This document shows, piece by piece, positions 42,492 to 50,555 of a stretch of DNA of 64,000 nt. Positions within the stretch are counted from its first letter, which is position 1. Every line of letters starts with the position of its first letter. The stretch comes from Leucobacter sp. GTDB taxonomy: Bacteria; Actinomycetota; Actinomycetes; Actinomycetales; Microbacteriaceae. Where the stretch lies: assembly GCA_052090925.1 (NCBI GenBank), contig JBQDBM010000012.1, positions 6,679-70,678 on the forward strand. Direction: 5' to 3'. Under the pieces are notes generated by a model, which saw nothing but the letters and a program-made list of their open reading frames with translations, was not told the origin of the DNA and made no database searches. Made by a program: the position numbers and the translations under genes.

Positions 42492-43487
42492 ATGATTTTT
42501 CCATTCAGTATCCCCAGCCCCGATGTTCAGTTCATCGAGGTGGGGCCGTTTCGACTGTACTTCTATGCCTTTTGCTTAATTGCTGGCATGATCGCTGCCG
42601 GTATCTGGTCTGGCATTCGTCTTCGCAGGCGCGGAGGGGAAGCGGGCGCAGCAATTGATTTTGGTGTGTGGGCTGTCGTCTTCGGCATCATTGGGGCGCG
42701 CCTTTATCACGTAGTAACTCACTGGGGAGATTACTTTGGTGAGGGAAAGAACCCGCTCGATATTTTTGCATTTTGGCAGGGTGGCATTGCCATTTTTGGT
42801 GCGCTGCTCGGTGGTGCGGTCGGTGTTTTCCTCGCCTCAAGGATCTCCACGCACGTCAGGTTCTGGTCGTTCGCCGACGCACTGGTGCCAGGCTTGATGC
42901 TCGGTCAGATCTTTGGGCGCCTCGGCAACTGGTTCAATAATGAGCTCTTCGGGGGACCTACGACACTGCCGTGGGGGCTTGAAATCGCCAGCTCCAACCC
43001 TGCATTCCCGGTTGGGCTTCCCGACGGGACGCTGTTCCACCCGACCTTCCTATACGAAATCCTCTGGAATATCCTTGGAATTGTAGTGTTGCTCGCAATC
43101 GAACGTAGGTGGCGTCCGCGTTGGGGTCAGTTCTTCGGGCTGTACCTCATTTGGTACGGCATTGGGCGAGTGTGGGTAGAGTCGCTGCGGGTGGATCCAA
43201 GCCTGTTGTTCCTGGGTCTGCGCACAAACGTGCTCGCAGCAATCCTCGCGATAGTCGTTGGTATCGTGATCATTGTTGTGCAGCGTCGCCGACACCCAGG
43301 TATCGAGTCGTCTATTTATCTGCCCGGGTATTCCCACCCACAAGACAGCGTCCTCGAAGAGACTGAAGATTCAGATCAGTACTACCACGTCATTGACCGC
43401 GGTGACACGGAGGCCACAAGTACAGATGGTGGCTCGGAAAGTGACGCCTCAGAAACCGAAACCTCAGATAATCTCAAGCAGTCCTGA
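42492..43487 (+). CDS. lgt: Prolipoprotein diacylglyceryl transferase Lgt, with an acidic C-terminal tail
   Basis: ORF 42435-43487. GAGGAG lies 4 nt before ATG 42492 (MIFPFSIPSPDV...). The GRLGNWFNNELFG motif is present. The last 60 aa or so are rich in Ser, Asp and Glu. Confidence 0.9.
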   Translation: MIFPFSIPSPDVQFIEVGPFRLYFYAFCLIAGMIAAGIWSGIRLRRRGGEAGAAIDFGVWAVVFGIIGARLYHVVTHWGDYFGEGKNPLDIFAFWQGGIAIFGALLGGAVGVFLASRISTHVRFWSFADALVPGLMLGQIFGRLGNWFNNELFGGPTTLPWGLEIASSNPAFPVGLPDGTLFHPTFLYEILWNILGIVVLLAIERRWRPRWGQFFGLYLIWYGIGRVWVESLRVDPSLLFLGLRTNVLAAILAIVVGIVIIVVQRRRHPGIESSIYLPGYSHPQDSVLEETEDSDQYYHVIDRGDTEATSTDGGSESDASETETSDNLKQS

Positions 43488-43527
43488 TACTTTCCGCAGC
43501 TCGGACCACTCATACACAGGGAGCACA

Positions 43528-45000
43528 ATGCGCCACGCAAAGATCGTCGCTACATGGGGACCCGCCGTCTCTAGCTATGACCACACACTTGACCTGATCC
43601 GAGCTGGCGTCAATGTGGCAAGGCTGAATATGTCGCACGGTACTCACAACGTGCACGAGGGCATTTATCGCAACATTCGCCGGGCAGAGACCGAGGTAGG
43701 TCGCCCGATCGCAGTACTCGCAGATCTACAGGGGCCCAAAATTCGTCTCGGTACGTTCGCGGACGGACCATATGAGCTCGCAGAGGGCGACGAGTTCGCC
43801 ATCACCACGAGAGATGTCGTCGGCGACAAGTCGATCTGTGGCACGACTCACAAGGGGCTTGCAGGCGATGTGAAGCCCGGTGACCCCCTCCTCATCGATG
43901 ACGGCAAGGTGGCACTGCGCGCGGTGCGCGTGACTGATGACACGGTGCACACCGTAGTTGAGGTGCCGGGTGCCGTCTCGAATAACAAGGGCATCAACCT
44001 CCCAGGCGTCGCAGTGAATGTTCCTGCGCTGTCTGAGAAGGATGAAGAAGATCTGCGCTTCGCGCTCGGCCTCGGAGCCGACTACATCGCGCTGTCATTT
44101 GTGCGCGATGCATCTGACATCACACGAGTGCACGAGATTATGGCTGAACAGGGAGTGAAACTCCCTGTAATCGCCAAGATCGAGAAGCCTCAGGCCGTGG
44201 ACAATCTTGAGGCCATCGTGGCTGCTTTTGATGGGCTGATGGTTGCTCGTGGTGACCTCGGTGTTGAACTGCCGCTTGAGCGTGTGCCGCTCGTGCAAAC
44301 CGAAGCGGTTGCGCTCGCTCGTCGGAATGCCAAGCCCGTCATTGTCGCGACGCAGGTGTTCGAGTCGATGATTGATAACCCTCGCCCCACTCGAGCTGAG
44401 GCTTCGGACTGTGCGAACGCAGTGCTTGATGGCGCTGACGCGGTCATGCTCTCGGGCGAGACGAGCGTGGGCGCATACCCGGTTGAAGCAGTGGCCACAA
44501 TGGGACGAATTATCGAGGCAACGGAAGAGCACGCGCTCGACCGTATTGAGCCGCTTGGATCACGCCCCCACACGCAGGGTGGTATTCTCACGCTCGCGGC
44601 TTCCGAGGTTGCTGAGTTCGTCGAGGCACGGTACATCTGCGTATTTACCGAGTCGGGTGACACGGTTCGTCGTATGTCCCGGCTCCGCCACCCACTCCCC
44701 ATCATCGGGTTCACACCGAGGATCGAGACTCGTCGTCGGATGGAGCTCACTTGGGGAGCCCGCAGCTACGTCATCGACCGCGTAGACTCGACTGACGCGA
44801 TGTTCAGGCAGGTCGATGAGGTGCTTTTGAGTAAGGGCCGCGCGGATGTGGGCGATAAAGTCGTTATCCTGGCAGGGTCCCCTCCTGGAGTCGTCGGAGC
44901 AACGAACACGATTCGTGTGCATCGCATGGGCGAGGCGACGGGGCAACTGCCTGGTGCAGGTCCGCGTAAGCACGTGCAGGAGGGCAACGAAAAGAAGTAG
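43528..45000 (+). CDS. pyk: Pyruvate kinase
   Basis: ORF 43273-45000. GGGAG lies before ATG 43528 (MRHAKIVATWGPA). The NMSHG, MVARGDLGVE and ATQVFESM motifs are present. The stop is a tandem TAG TAA. Confidence 0.95.
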   Translation: MRHAKIVATWGPAVSSYDHTLDLIRAGVNVARLNMSHGTHNVHEGIYRNIRRAETEVGRPIAVLADLQGPKIRLGTFADGPYELAEGDEFAITTRDVVGDKSICGTTHKGLAGDVKPGDPLLIDDGKVALRAVRVTDDTVHTVVEVPGAVSNNKGINLPGVAVNVPALSEKDEEDLRFALGLGADYIALSFVRDASDITRVHEIMAEQGVKLPVIAKIEKPQAVDNLEAIVAAFDGLMVARGDLGVELPLERVPLVQTEAVALARRNAKPVIVATQVFESMIDNPRPTRAEASDCANAVLDGADAVMLSGETSVGAYPVEAVATMGRIIEATEEHALDRIEPLGSRPHTQGGILTLAASEVAEFVEARYICVFTESGDTVRRMSRLRHPLPIIGFTPRIETRRRMELTWGARSYVIDRVDSTDAMFRQVDEVLLSKGRADVGDKVVILAGSPPGVVGATNTIRVHRMGEATGQLPGAGPRKHVQEGNEKK

Positions 45001-45008
45001 TAAGGTCT

Positions 45009-45037
45009 CTCCGGGGCCGATGCTTTCGGCCCCGGAG
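45009..45037 (+). terminator. GC-rich hairpin (12-bp stem, 5-nt loop) after pyk
   Basis: CTCCGGGGCCGA tgctt TCGGCCCCGGAG. It begins 9 nt after the pyk stop and has no clear U-tract. tRNA-Leu starts 12 nt downstream. Confidence 0.6.
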
Positions 45038-45048
45038 GCTTGCTCAAT

Positions 45049-45133
45049 GCCGGATTGGTGGAATTGGTAGACACGACGCACTCAAAATGCGTTGTCGAGA
45101 GACGTGCGGGTTCGAGTCCCGCATCCGGCACCA
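45049..45133 (+). tRNA. tRNA-Leu (anticodon CAA), class II with a long variable arm and an encoded CCA end
   Basis: Folded by hand. The acceptor stem is GCCGGAT/ATCCGGC. The D arm is GTG-GAATTGGTAGA-CAC. The anticodon stem is ACGCA/TGCGT with loop CTCAAAA. The variable arm is TGTCGAGAGACGT. The T arm is GCGGG-TTCGAGT-CCCGC. The discriminator is A, followed by CCA. Confidence 0.95.
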
Positions 45134-45198
45134 CGATTGAAACCCTTGCTTCTTATATGCTGAAAGTCGCGGCACTACACGGGCTTGGCAGCGCCCGT

Positions 45199-45994
45199 TC
45201 ATGCTGGGTGGTGGCTCGACGACACCGTCTGTGTGTGGTCGGCAGAGTCGAGATGCGTGAGGACCGCATCACGCACAAATGATGCGCCCTCAGCGCCCCC
45301 GTAGTTTGCGGCAAACCGTTCGTCGGAAACATACATTTCCACTAGTTCCCGAACATAAGCATCGAAACCTTCGCCGTCAGCGGCCGGTATGCCCGGAACT
45401 CCACTGTGCCAAGTGAGGTGGCGCTCCGCGAGCGACTGTGCCGTAACCGAATCAATCGAGACACTCGGCTCGTGCGCGGCTGCGACCCAATCAGCTGAGA
45501 GCTGTGCAACCTGGGCTGCCCAAATGCTTCGGTCATCCTTGCTGAGGCTTCGCCACCAGGAGTCAGAGCGTGCGTAGGCCGTCCGTCCCCAGCGGGCTTC
45601 GACCTCGTCTTTGTACTGTGTGTGATGAAAACCGTCAAACATGGTCTCTGCCATGAGGCTTTCGTCTCCCTCGAGTGCGTCGATAGTATGCTCGACCGCC
45701 GCGATCTGTCGGGCGAGACGGTGCTGTTCCTGCTGAAGCAACGCGAGGTGGGTGGTCAGGGCGTCTTTCTCGTTTTGGGCATTGACGAGAAGTCCTTTGA
45801 TCTGTGGGAGCCCTAAACCCAGTTCCCGGAGTAGGAGAACTCGCTGGAGGCGCACCAGCGATTCCTTAGTTGTAGTAGCGGTATCCGTTTGTTCCGAGAC
45901 GGCTTGGCGGCACCACCTCGAGACTGTCGTAATGGCGCAGTGTTCGGCTCGTAATGCCCGTGTTCCTCGCGATGTGTTGTATTGACCATTCCAT
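45199..45994 (-). pseudogene. MerR-family transcriptional regulator with a TipAS/Mta-type C-terminal domain, disrupted by a +1 frameshift
   Basis: The HTH part (ATG 45994 to TAA 45868-45866) reads MEWSIQHIARNTGITSRTLRHYDSLEVVPPSRLGTNGYRYYN*. The rest continues in another frame from 45867 (KESLVRLQRVLLLRELGLGLPQIKGLL...MFDGFHHTQYKDEVEARWG...). A single extra T (plus-strand A 45868) separates the two frames. Confidence 0.7.
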
Positions 45995-46000
45995 GCACAT

Positions 46001-46037
46001 CCCGATAAACCTTGACGTTAGGTCAAGGTTTATCGGG
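46001..46037. promoter_or_regulatory. Perfect inverted repeat, 16-bp arms and a 5-nt centre (CCCGATAAACCTTGAC gttag GTCAAGGTTTATCGGG)
   Basis: Read directly from the sequence. It lies 6 nt upstream of the MerR-like ATG (45994) and 8 nt downstream of the stop of the 92-aa minus-strand ORF. It contains TTGAC on both strands. It is a candidate MerR-type operator or an RNA hairpin. Confidence 0.55.
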
Positions 46038-46045
46038 AACCGCTG

Positions 46046-46324
46046 CTACCGCTCAGTCGATTTCGCGTCGCCGTCACCATCAACGTCTTCGGGGCGTCGC
46101 GTCAGCTGCGGGTTCTCTACACCGCGCCACGGATTACCTGGCTCGGGATCGACCTCGTACGTTTCTGAGGCACCGTCAAGTATGGGCCTGTCCTGTGTTT
46201 TGCCGCGCGGCGGACCGTTTACAGTCCCTTTTCCGTTACTTGCACTGTGTTCGGTTGCACCGTGCACGGTGTCAGGGGTGTTCTGCGCGATAGTTTCTGT
46301 TGAGTGTTTACCCTCAGCATGCAT
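46046..46324 (-). CDS. Small hydrophilic hypothetical protein (92 aa)
   Basis: GAGGAG lies 5 nt before ATG 46324. The product is rich in Gly, Pro, Glu, Asp and Thr (MHAEGKHSTETIAQNTPDTVHGATEHS...EDVDGDGDAKSTER). No family recognised. Confidence 0.45.
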   Translation of the reverse strand: MHAEGKHSTETIAQNTPDTVHGATEHSASNGKGTVNGPPRGKTQDRPILDGASETYEVDPEPGNPWRGVENPQLTRRPEDVDGDGDAKSTER

Positions 46325-46528
46325 GGCCGCTCCTCACTGTAGAGACGGCAGCTTCCATATACGAAGTGTCGCCGCCTAGTCTCGAGGCTACGCGCAGAAA
46401 CATGACATGGCCAGGGGAGTACGAAGAAACTGGAGATTAGCTCAGAATGTGCTGCTGATTCGCGTAGCAAGTGCACCGTGTTCGTGGAAACGGCGTGATG
46501 ATGTCAGCCTTTCTCTGGCCACATATCG

Positions 46529-46534
46529 TAAGGT
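46529..46534 (+). promoter_or_regulatory. Candidate -10 hexamer TAAGGT, 6 nt upstream of the pdtaR GTG 46541
   Basis: Fits TANNNT. The gap is agagac. Confidence 0.4.
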
Positions 46535-46540
46535 AGAGAC

Positions 46541-47149
46541 GTGAATGACCAGAACAGCACATCAAGCGCTGCCCGCCGCGTCGTCGTCGCTGAAGACGAG
46601 TCCCTCATCCGTCTCGATATTGTCGAGACCCTGAGAGACAACGGTTTCGACGTGGTTGGCGAGGCCGGCGACGGCGAGACCGCAGTTAAGCTCGTGGAAG
46701 AACTCCGCCCTGACCTCGTCGTCATGGACGTGAAGATGCCACAGCTCGATGGCATCTCGGCAGCTGAACGCATCAACAAGACGCAAATCGCGCCAGTGGT
46801 GCTCCTCACTGCGTTTAGTCAGCGGGAACTGGTGGAACGCGCGAGCGAAGCCGGGGCGCTCGCATATGTGGTGAAGCCATTTACGCCAAACGACTTGCTG
46901 CCAGCTATCGAGATTGCGCTGTCGCGCTTCCAACAGATCGTAACGCTCGAGAACGAAGTCGCAGATCTGGCTGAGAGGTTCGAAACGCGAAAGCTTGTCG
47001 ACCGTGCGAAAGGAATCCTGAACGACAAAATGGGGCTCAGCGAGCCTGAGGCGTTCCGTTGGATCCAAAAAGCTTCGATGGATCGCCGCCTGACGATGCA
47101 GGATGTAGCGAAGACGATCATCGACCAGCTCGGACCCAAAAAAGACTGA
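46541..47149 (+). CDS. pdtaR: ANTAR-domain response regulator (PdtaR-like antiterminator)
   Basis: 202-aa ORF with a receiver domain (VVVAEDESLIRLD...LVVMDVKMPQLDG...VVKPF) and an ANTAR domain (RKLVDRAKGILNDKMGLSEPEAFRWIQKASMDRRLTMQDVAKTI). Confidence 0.88.
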   Translation: MNDQNSTSSAARRVVVAEDESLIRLDIVETLRDNGFDVVGEAGDGETAVKLVEELRPDLVVMDVKMPQLDGISAAERINKTQIAPVVLLTAFSQRELVERASEAGALAYVVKPFTPNDLLPAIEIALSRFQQIVTLENEVADLAERFETRKLVDRAKGILNDKMGLSEPEAFRWIQKASMDRRLTMQDVAKTIIDQLGPKKD

Positions 47150-47212
47150 CGCAGGGATAAGCAACACGCCCGGGGACCCATCTATTGGGTGCCCGGGCGT
47201 TCACATTTGTTG

Positions 47213-47653
47213 CTACTTCTCGATGCGTTTGTAAAAATTCGTGATGCGTATCGTTGAGAGCCTTCGGCCGTCATCATCGGACACGATAATCTCGTGCACG
47301 GTGAGCGAGCGTCCCACATGTACCGGGGTACACACTCCTGTCACGGTCCCGCTACGAGCGGAACCTGTGTGCGTTGCGTTTACATCAAGGCCGACTGCGA
47401 CAGTATTTTCGGGGGCGATATAGTTCGCGTGCATCGACCCGAGCGACTCTCCGAGCACCACATAAGCGCCGCCGTGAACGAAGCCGATCGGCTGCGTGTT
47501 GCCTTCCACGGGCATCGTCGCAATGGCGCGTTCTCGCGTGAACTCGGTCATTTGAATGCCCATCGTGTCCGCGAGCGCACCCAAACCTCGCATGGCGATG
47601 TAATCGAGGCCACCAGATTCTGGCTGAGGGGCCAGCGAGGCATTGTTGATCAT
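47213..47653 (-). CDS. Hotdog-fold thioesterase (PaaI/YbdB-like)
   Basis: 146-aa ORF with NTQPIGFVHGGAYVVLGESLGS, typical of PaaI-type thioesterases. AGGAA lies 4 nt before the ATG. Confidence 0.75.
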   Translation of the reverse strand: MINNASLAPQPESGGLDYIAMRGLGALADTMGIQMTEFTRERAIATMPVEGNTQPIGFVHGGAYVVLGESLGSMHANYIAPENTVAVGLDVNATHTGSARSGTVTGVCTPVHVGRSLTVHEIIVSDDDGRRLSTIRITNFYKRIEK

Positions 47654-47720
47654 GTGGTTCCTTTCAGAGGCCTAGAGGTCAACGGTTCAATTTCTACAGC
47701 GCTGCCACCGGTGCGGCTTG

Positions 47721-47726
47721 TAGGCT
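47721..47726 (+). promoter_or_regulatory. Candidate -10 hexamer TAGGCT, 6 nt upstream of the polA GTG 47733
   Basis: Fits TANNNT. The gap is gtacgc. Confidence 0.4.
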
Positions 47727-47732
47727 GTACGC

Positions 47733-50381
47733 GTGTCGAACAAGCCTCAGCCTACCCTCATGATCATCGACGGCCACTCGCTGGCTTTCCGAGCGTTTTA
47801 TGCTCTTCCGGTCGATAGTTTTCAGACCCAGACCGGCCAGCACACGAACGCTATTCACGGCTTTATTGCGATGCTGATCAACCTGCTCAGCAATGAGCAG
47901 CCTGAATCGATCGCAGTCGCATTCGACATTTCTCGGCACTCATTCCGTACGGAGGAATACCCCGAGTACAAGGGGACGCGGAGTGAGACGCCGCCGGAGT
48001 TCAAAGGACAGGTCCCGCTGCTGCAAGAGGCCCTGCACGCCATGGGGATCCGCACCCTGGAGAAAGAAAATTACGAGGCCGACGACATTCTCGCGACTCT
48101 CTCAACTCAAGGCGCTGAAGCCGGGTACCGAGTGCTTGTGGTGAGTGGTGATCGCGACACGATTCAGCTTGTCGATGACAATGTCACGTTGCTGTACCCC
48201 TCAAAACAGGGAGTGAGTGAGCTCACGCGCTATAACGCTGAGAAAGTCATGGAGCGCTATGGGGTGCGCCCCGAACAGTACCCAGAGATCGCGGCTCTCG
48301 TCGGCGAGACAAGCGACAACCTGCCGGGTGTTCCGCGTGTAGGCGAGAAGACGGCGGTGAAGTGGATCAATCAGTTTGGCTCCCTTGATGAGATCCTTCG
48401 CAGACAAGACGAAGTAGGTGGCAAGGTAGGTGAAAGCCTGCGCGAGAATGCCCACCTTGCAGTCCGAAATCGTCGTCTGAATCGGCTCGTACGGGACGTG
48501 GAACTCGATGTCGAACTTGCCGACCTCCTCCGGGGCGATGTAGATATGGGAGAGGTACAGCAGGTGTTTGCGAAGCTTGAGTTCCGCACCCTGCTGCAGC
48601 GTGTTGGCAAGCTCGTCGGTGCCGAGGTCCCCGTTGGCGGGGGCGCATCGGCCACCCCGCTCGCACCCGAAAAGCCGGAACCGAAGCACCTGATTGATGA
48701 GGAGCTCGGTGATTGGCTGGATAAGGCGGGGCTGCCCGGACTCTGTATCTCGCGGACCGACGGTGGATACGAAGTGGGACTCGCGACCGCTGAGTCTGCG
48801 GTGAAGCTGCACTGGATACCGGGAGGCCGAGACTATGCGCTGTTTGAGTCCTGGCTGTTATCCGAGAAGCCAAAGGTGCTTTTCGGGGCAAAAGCACAGC
48901 TGAACCTTCTTGCCCAGGAGGGGCTCGTCATCAACGGTATTGCGGGGGACGCTCTTCTGGCTGCCTGGCTTGTGCGTCCCACTGCCCCCGAGAAAACCAT
49001 CGCAGAAGCGGTGTTCCGCTATCTCGGCGAGCAGGTCCCCGAGGGTGACCCGAATCAGCTCATTCCAGAAGAAGGCAGCGTGCCCGACCAGGCACAACTT
49101 GCTTGGTATGTGGTGCGAGTGCACGAAGCGATCGTTTCACGATTTGAAGGGCGCACCGCGGAGGTCTACGCGAACGTCGAGCTTCCACTGATTGGCGTAT
49201 TGGCTGCGCTTGAGCAACGAGGAGTTGAGATCGATCTCCCGCTTCTGCAATCGCAGGAGGCAGAACTCAAGCACCGAGTTGTTGAGCTGGAGCAGCAGGC
49301 ATTCGCCGCGATTGGTCATGAGGTGAACCTCTCCTCCCCGAAGCAGCTGCAACAGGTGCTCTTCGAAGAGCTCGATATGCCAAAGACTCGCCGCACGCAG
49401 CGGGGGTACACCACTGATGCGGCCGCACTCGCGGAGCTGCAGGTGAAGAACCCACACCCGTTCCTTGACGCCTTGCTTGCGCACAGGGACGCAAACAAGC
49501 TTCGACAGATCATCGAAACTCTGATTAAGGCAGTGCGTGAGGACGGTCGGATTCACACTACGCTGGTGCAGATCGGCGCAAGTACCGGCCGAATGGCATC
49601 GACCGACCCCAATCTGCAGAACATCCCAGTTCGGACGGAAGCCGGGCGACGGATTCGTGAGGGATTCACCCACTCGGGCGAGTATGAGACTCTCATGACG
49701 GCGGACTATTCGCAGATTGAGATGCGAATCATGGCGCATCTCTCGGGTGACGAAGGCCTCATTGAGGCGTTTCGTGCGGGGGAGGATCTCCATCGTTTTG
49801 TGGGCGGGCGTATTTTCGGGGTTACGCCGGAAGACGTGACCAGCGAAATGCGTGCCAAGGTCAAAGCGATGTCATACGGCCTCGCATACGGGCTGTCGGC
49901 ATTCGGCCTGTCAAAGCAGCTCGGCATCAATTCCGCAGAGGCGAAGCAATTGATGCTCGACTACTTTGAACGATTCGGCGGTGTCCGTGATTATCTTCGG
50001 TCTGTCGTCGACCAGGCAAAGGCCGACGGCTACACAGAGACGATTTTCGGACGGCGCAGACCATTCCCTGATCTCACGAGCCCAAACCGCGTACTTCGAG
50101 AGAATGCGGAGCGCGCTGCACTGAATTCGCCAATTCAGGGTGCGGCGGCCGACATCATCAAACTCGCGATGATCGAGATTGAGCGCCGAATGCGAGAGTC
50201 TGGACTGTTGTCTCGTATGCTGCTGCAGATTCACGATGAGCTAATGTTCGAGGTTTCGCCAGGCGAATGGGACCAGCTCGAGAGGATCGTTCGAGAAGAA
50301 ATGGCGGGCGCGGCTGCCCTCGCGGTGCCTCTCGAAGTGCAGGTCGGGCACGGTCCAAACTGGAACGCGGCGGCGCATTAG
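47733..50381 (+). CDS. polA: DNA polymerase I
   Basis: 882-aa ORF with a 5'-3' exonuclease N-terminus (LMIIDGHSLAFRAFYAL) and polymerase motifs DYSQIEMRIMAHLSGD, KAMSYGLAYG and QIHDELMFE. Confidence 0.96.
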   Translation: MSNKPQPTLMIIDGHSLAFRAFYALPVDSFQTQTGQHTNAIHGFIAMLINLLSNEQPESIAVAFDISRHSFRTEEYPEYKGTRSETPPEFKGQVPLLQEALHAMGIRTLEKENYEADDILATLSTQGAEAGYRVLVVSGDRDTIQLVDDNVTLLYPSKQGVSELTRYNAEKVMERYGVRPEQYPEIAALVGETSDNLPGVPRVGEKTAVKWINQFGSLDEILRRQDEVGGKVGESLRENAHLAVRNRRLNRLVRDVELDVELADLLRGDVDMGEVQQVFAKLEFRTLLQRVGKLVGAEVPVGGGASATPLAPEKPEPKHLIDEELGDWLDKAGLPGLCISRTDGGYEVGLATAESAVKLHWIPGGRDYALFESWLLSEKPKVLFGAKAQLNLLAQEGLVINGIAGDALLAAWLVRPTAPEKTIAEAVFRYLGEQVPEGDPNQLIPEEGSVPDQAQLAWYVVRVHEAIVSRFEGRTAEVYANVELPLIGVLAALEQRGVEIDLPLLQSQEAELKHRVVELEQQAFAAIGHEVNLSSPKQLQQVLFEELDMPKTRRTQRGYTTDAAALAELQVKNPHPFLDALLAHRDANKLRQIIETLIKAVREDGRIHTTLVQIGASTGRMASTDPNLQNIPVRTEAGRRIREGFTHSGEYETLMTADYSQIEMRIMAHLSGDEGLIEAFRAGEDLHRFVGGRIFGVTPEDVTSEMRAKVKAMSYGLAYGLSAFGLSKQLGINSAEAKQLMLDYFERFGGVRDYLRSVVDQAKADGYTETIFGRRRPFPDLTSPNRVLRENAERAALNSPIQGAAADIIKLAMIEIERRMRESGLLSRMLLQIHDELMFEVSPGEWDQLERIVREEMAGAAALAVPLEVQVGHGPNWNAAAH

Positions 50382-50555
50382 TATCTGCCCGTTCCCCGGC
50401 ATCCACTGAGCAGCGAATAATGCTACGATTGAGTGTCACTTCTGTGGCGACTCAACCATGTCCGCGTGCGGACTCGCAAGTGCTCTGAAGAGTGCACCGG
50501 TATTTGCCGGGTGTGTCCGCCTGAATATTCTAAATCCATTCTGGAGATCATTTAC

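Noticed and set aside
43273-43527. Long N-terminal extensions offered by the ORF track for pyk. The same occurs for hisG 34838-35023, hisF 35746-35865, msrA 20358-20513, rpsA 50433-50555, coaE 52636-52794, priA 27805-27993, murD 4160-4258 and others.
   Set aside because: The extensions overlap the preceding gene or have junk-like composition. Internal start codons with SD or -10 signals reproduce the canonical family N-termini.
45954-46379. 141-aa plus-strand ORF (and 46012-46293) opposite the 92-aa ORF
   Set aside because: The translation is Cys/Ser/Arg-rich with no SD. It would start inside the MerR-like HTH coding region. The minus-strand ORF with a GAGGAG SD is the better candidate.
45134-46540. 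Possible integrated element or genomic islet next to tRNA-Leu
   Set aside because: No integrase, recombinase or transposase is present. I found no direct repeat of the tRNA 3' end downstream by eye. The segment is only about 1.4 kb and carries a regulator pseudogene and one small ORF, which is insufficient evidence for a mobile element.
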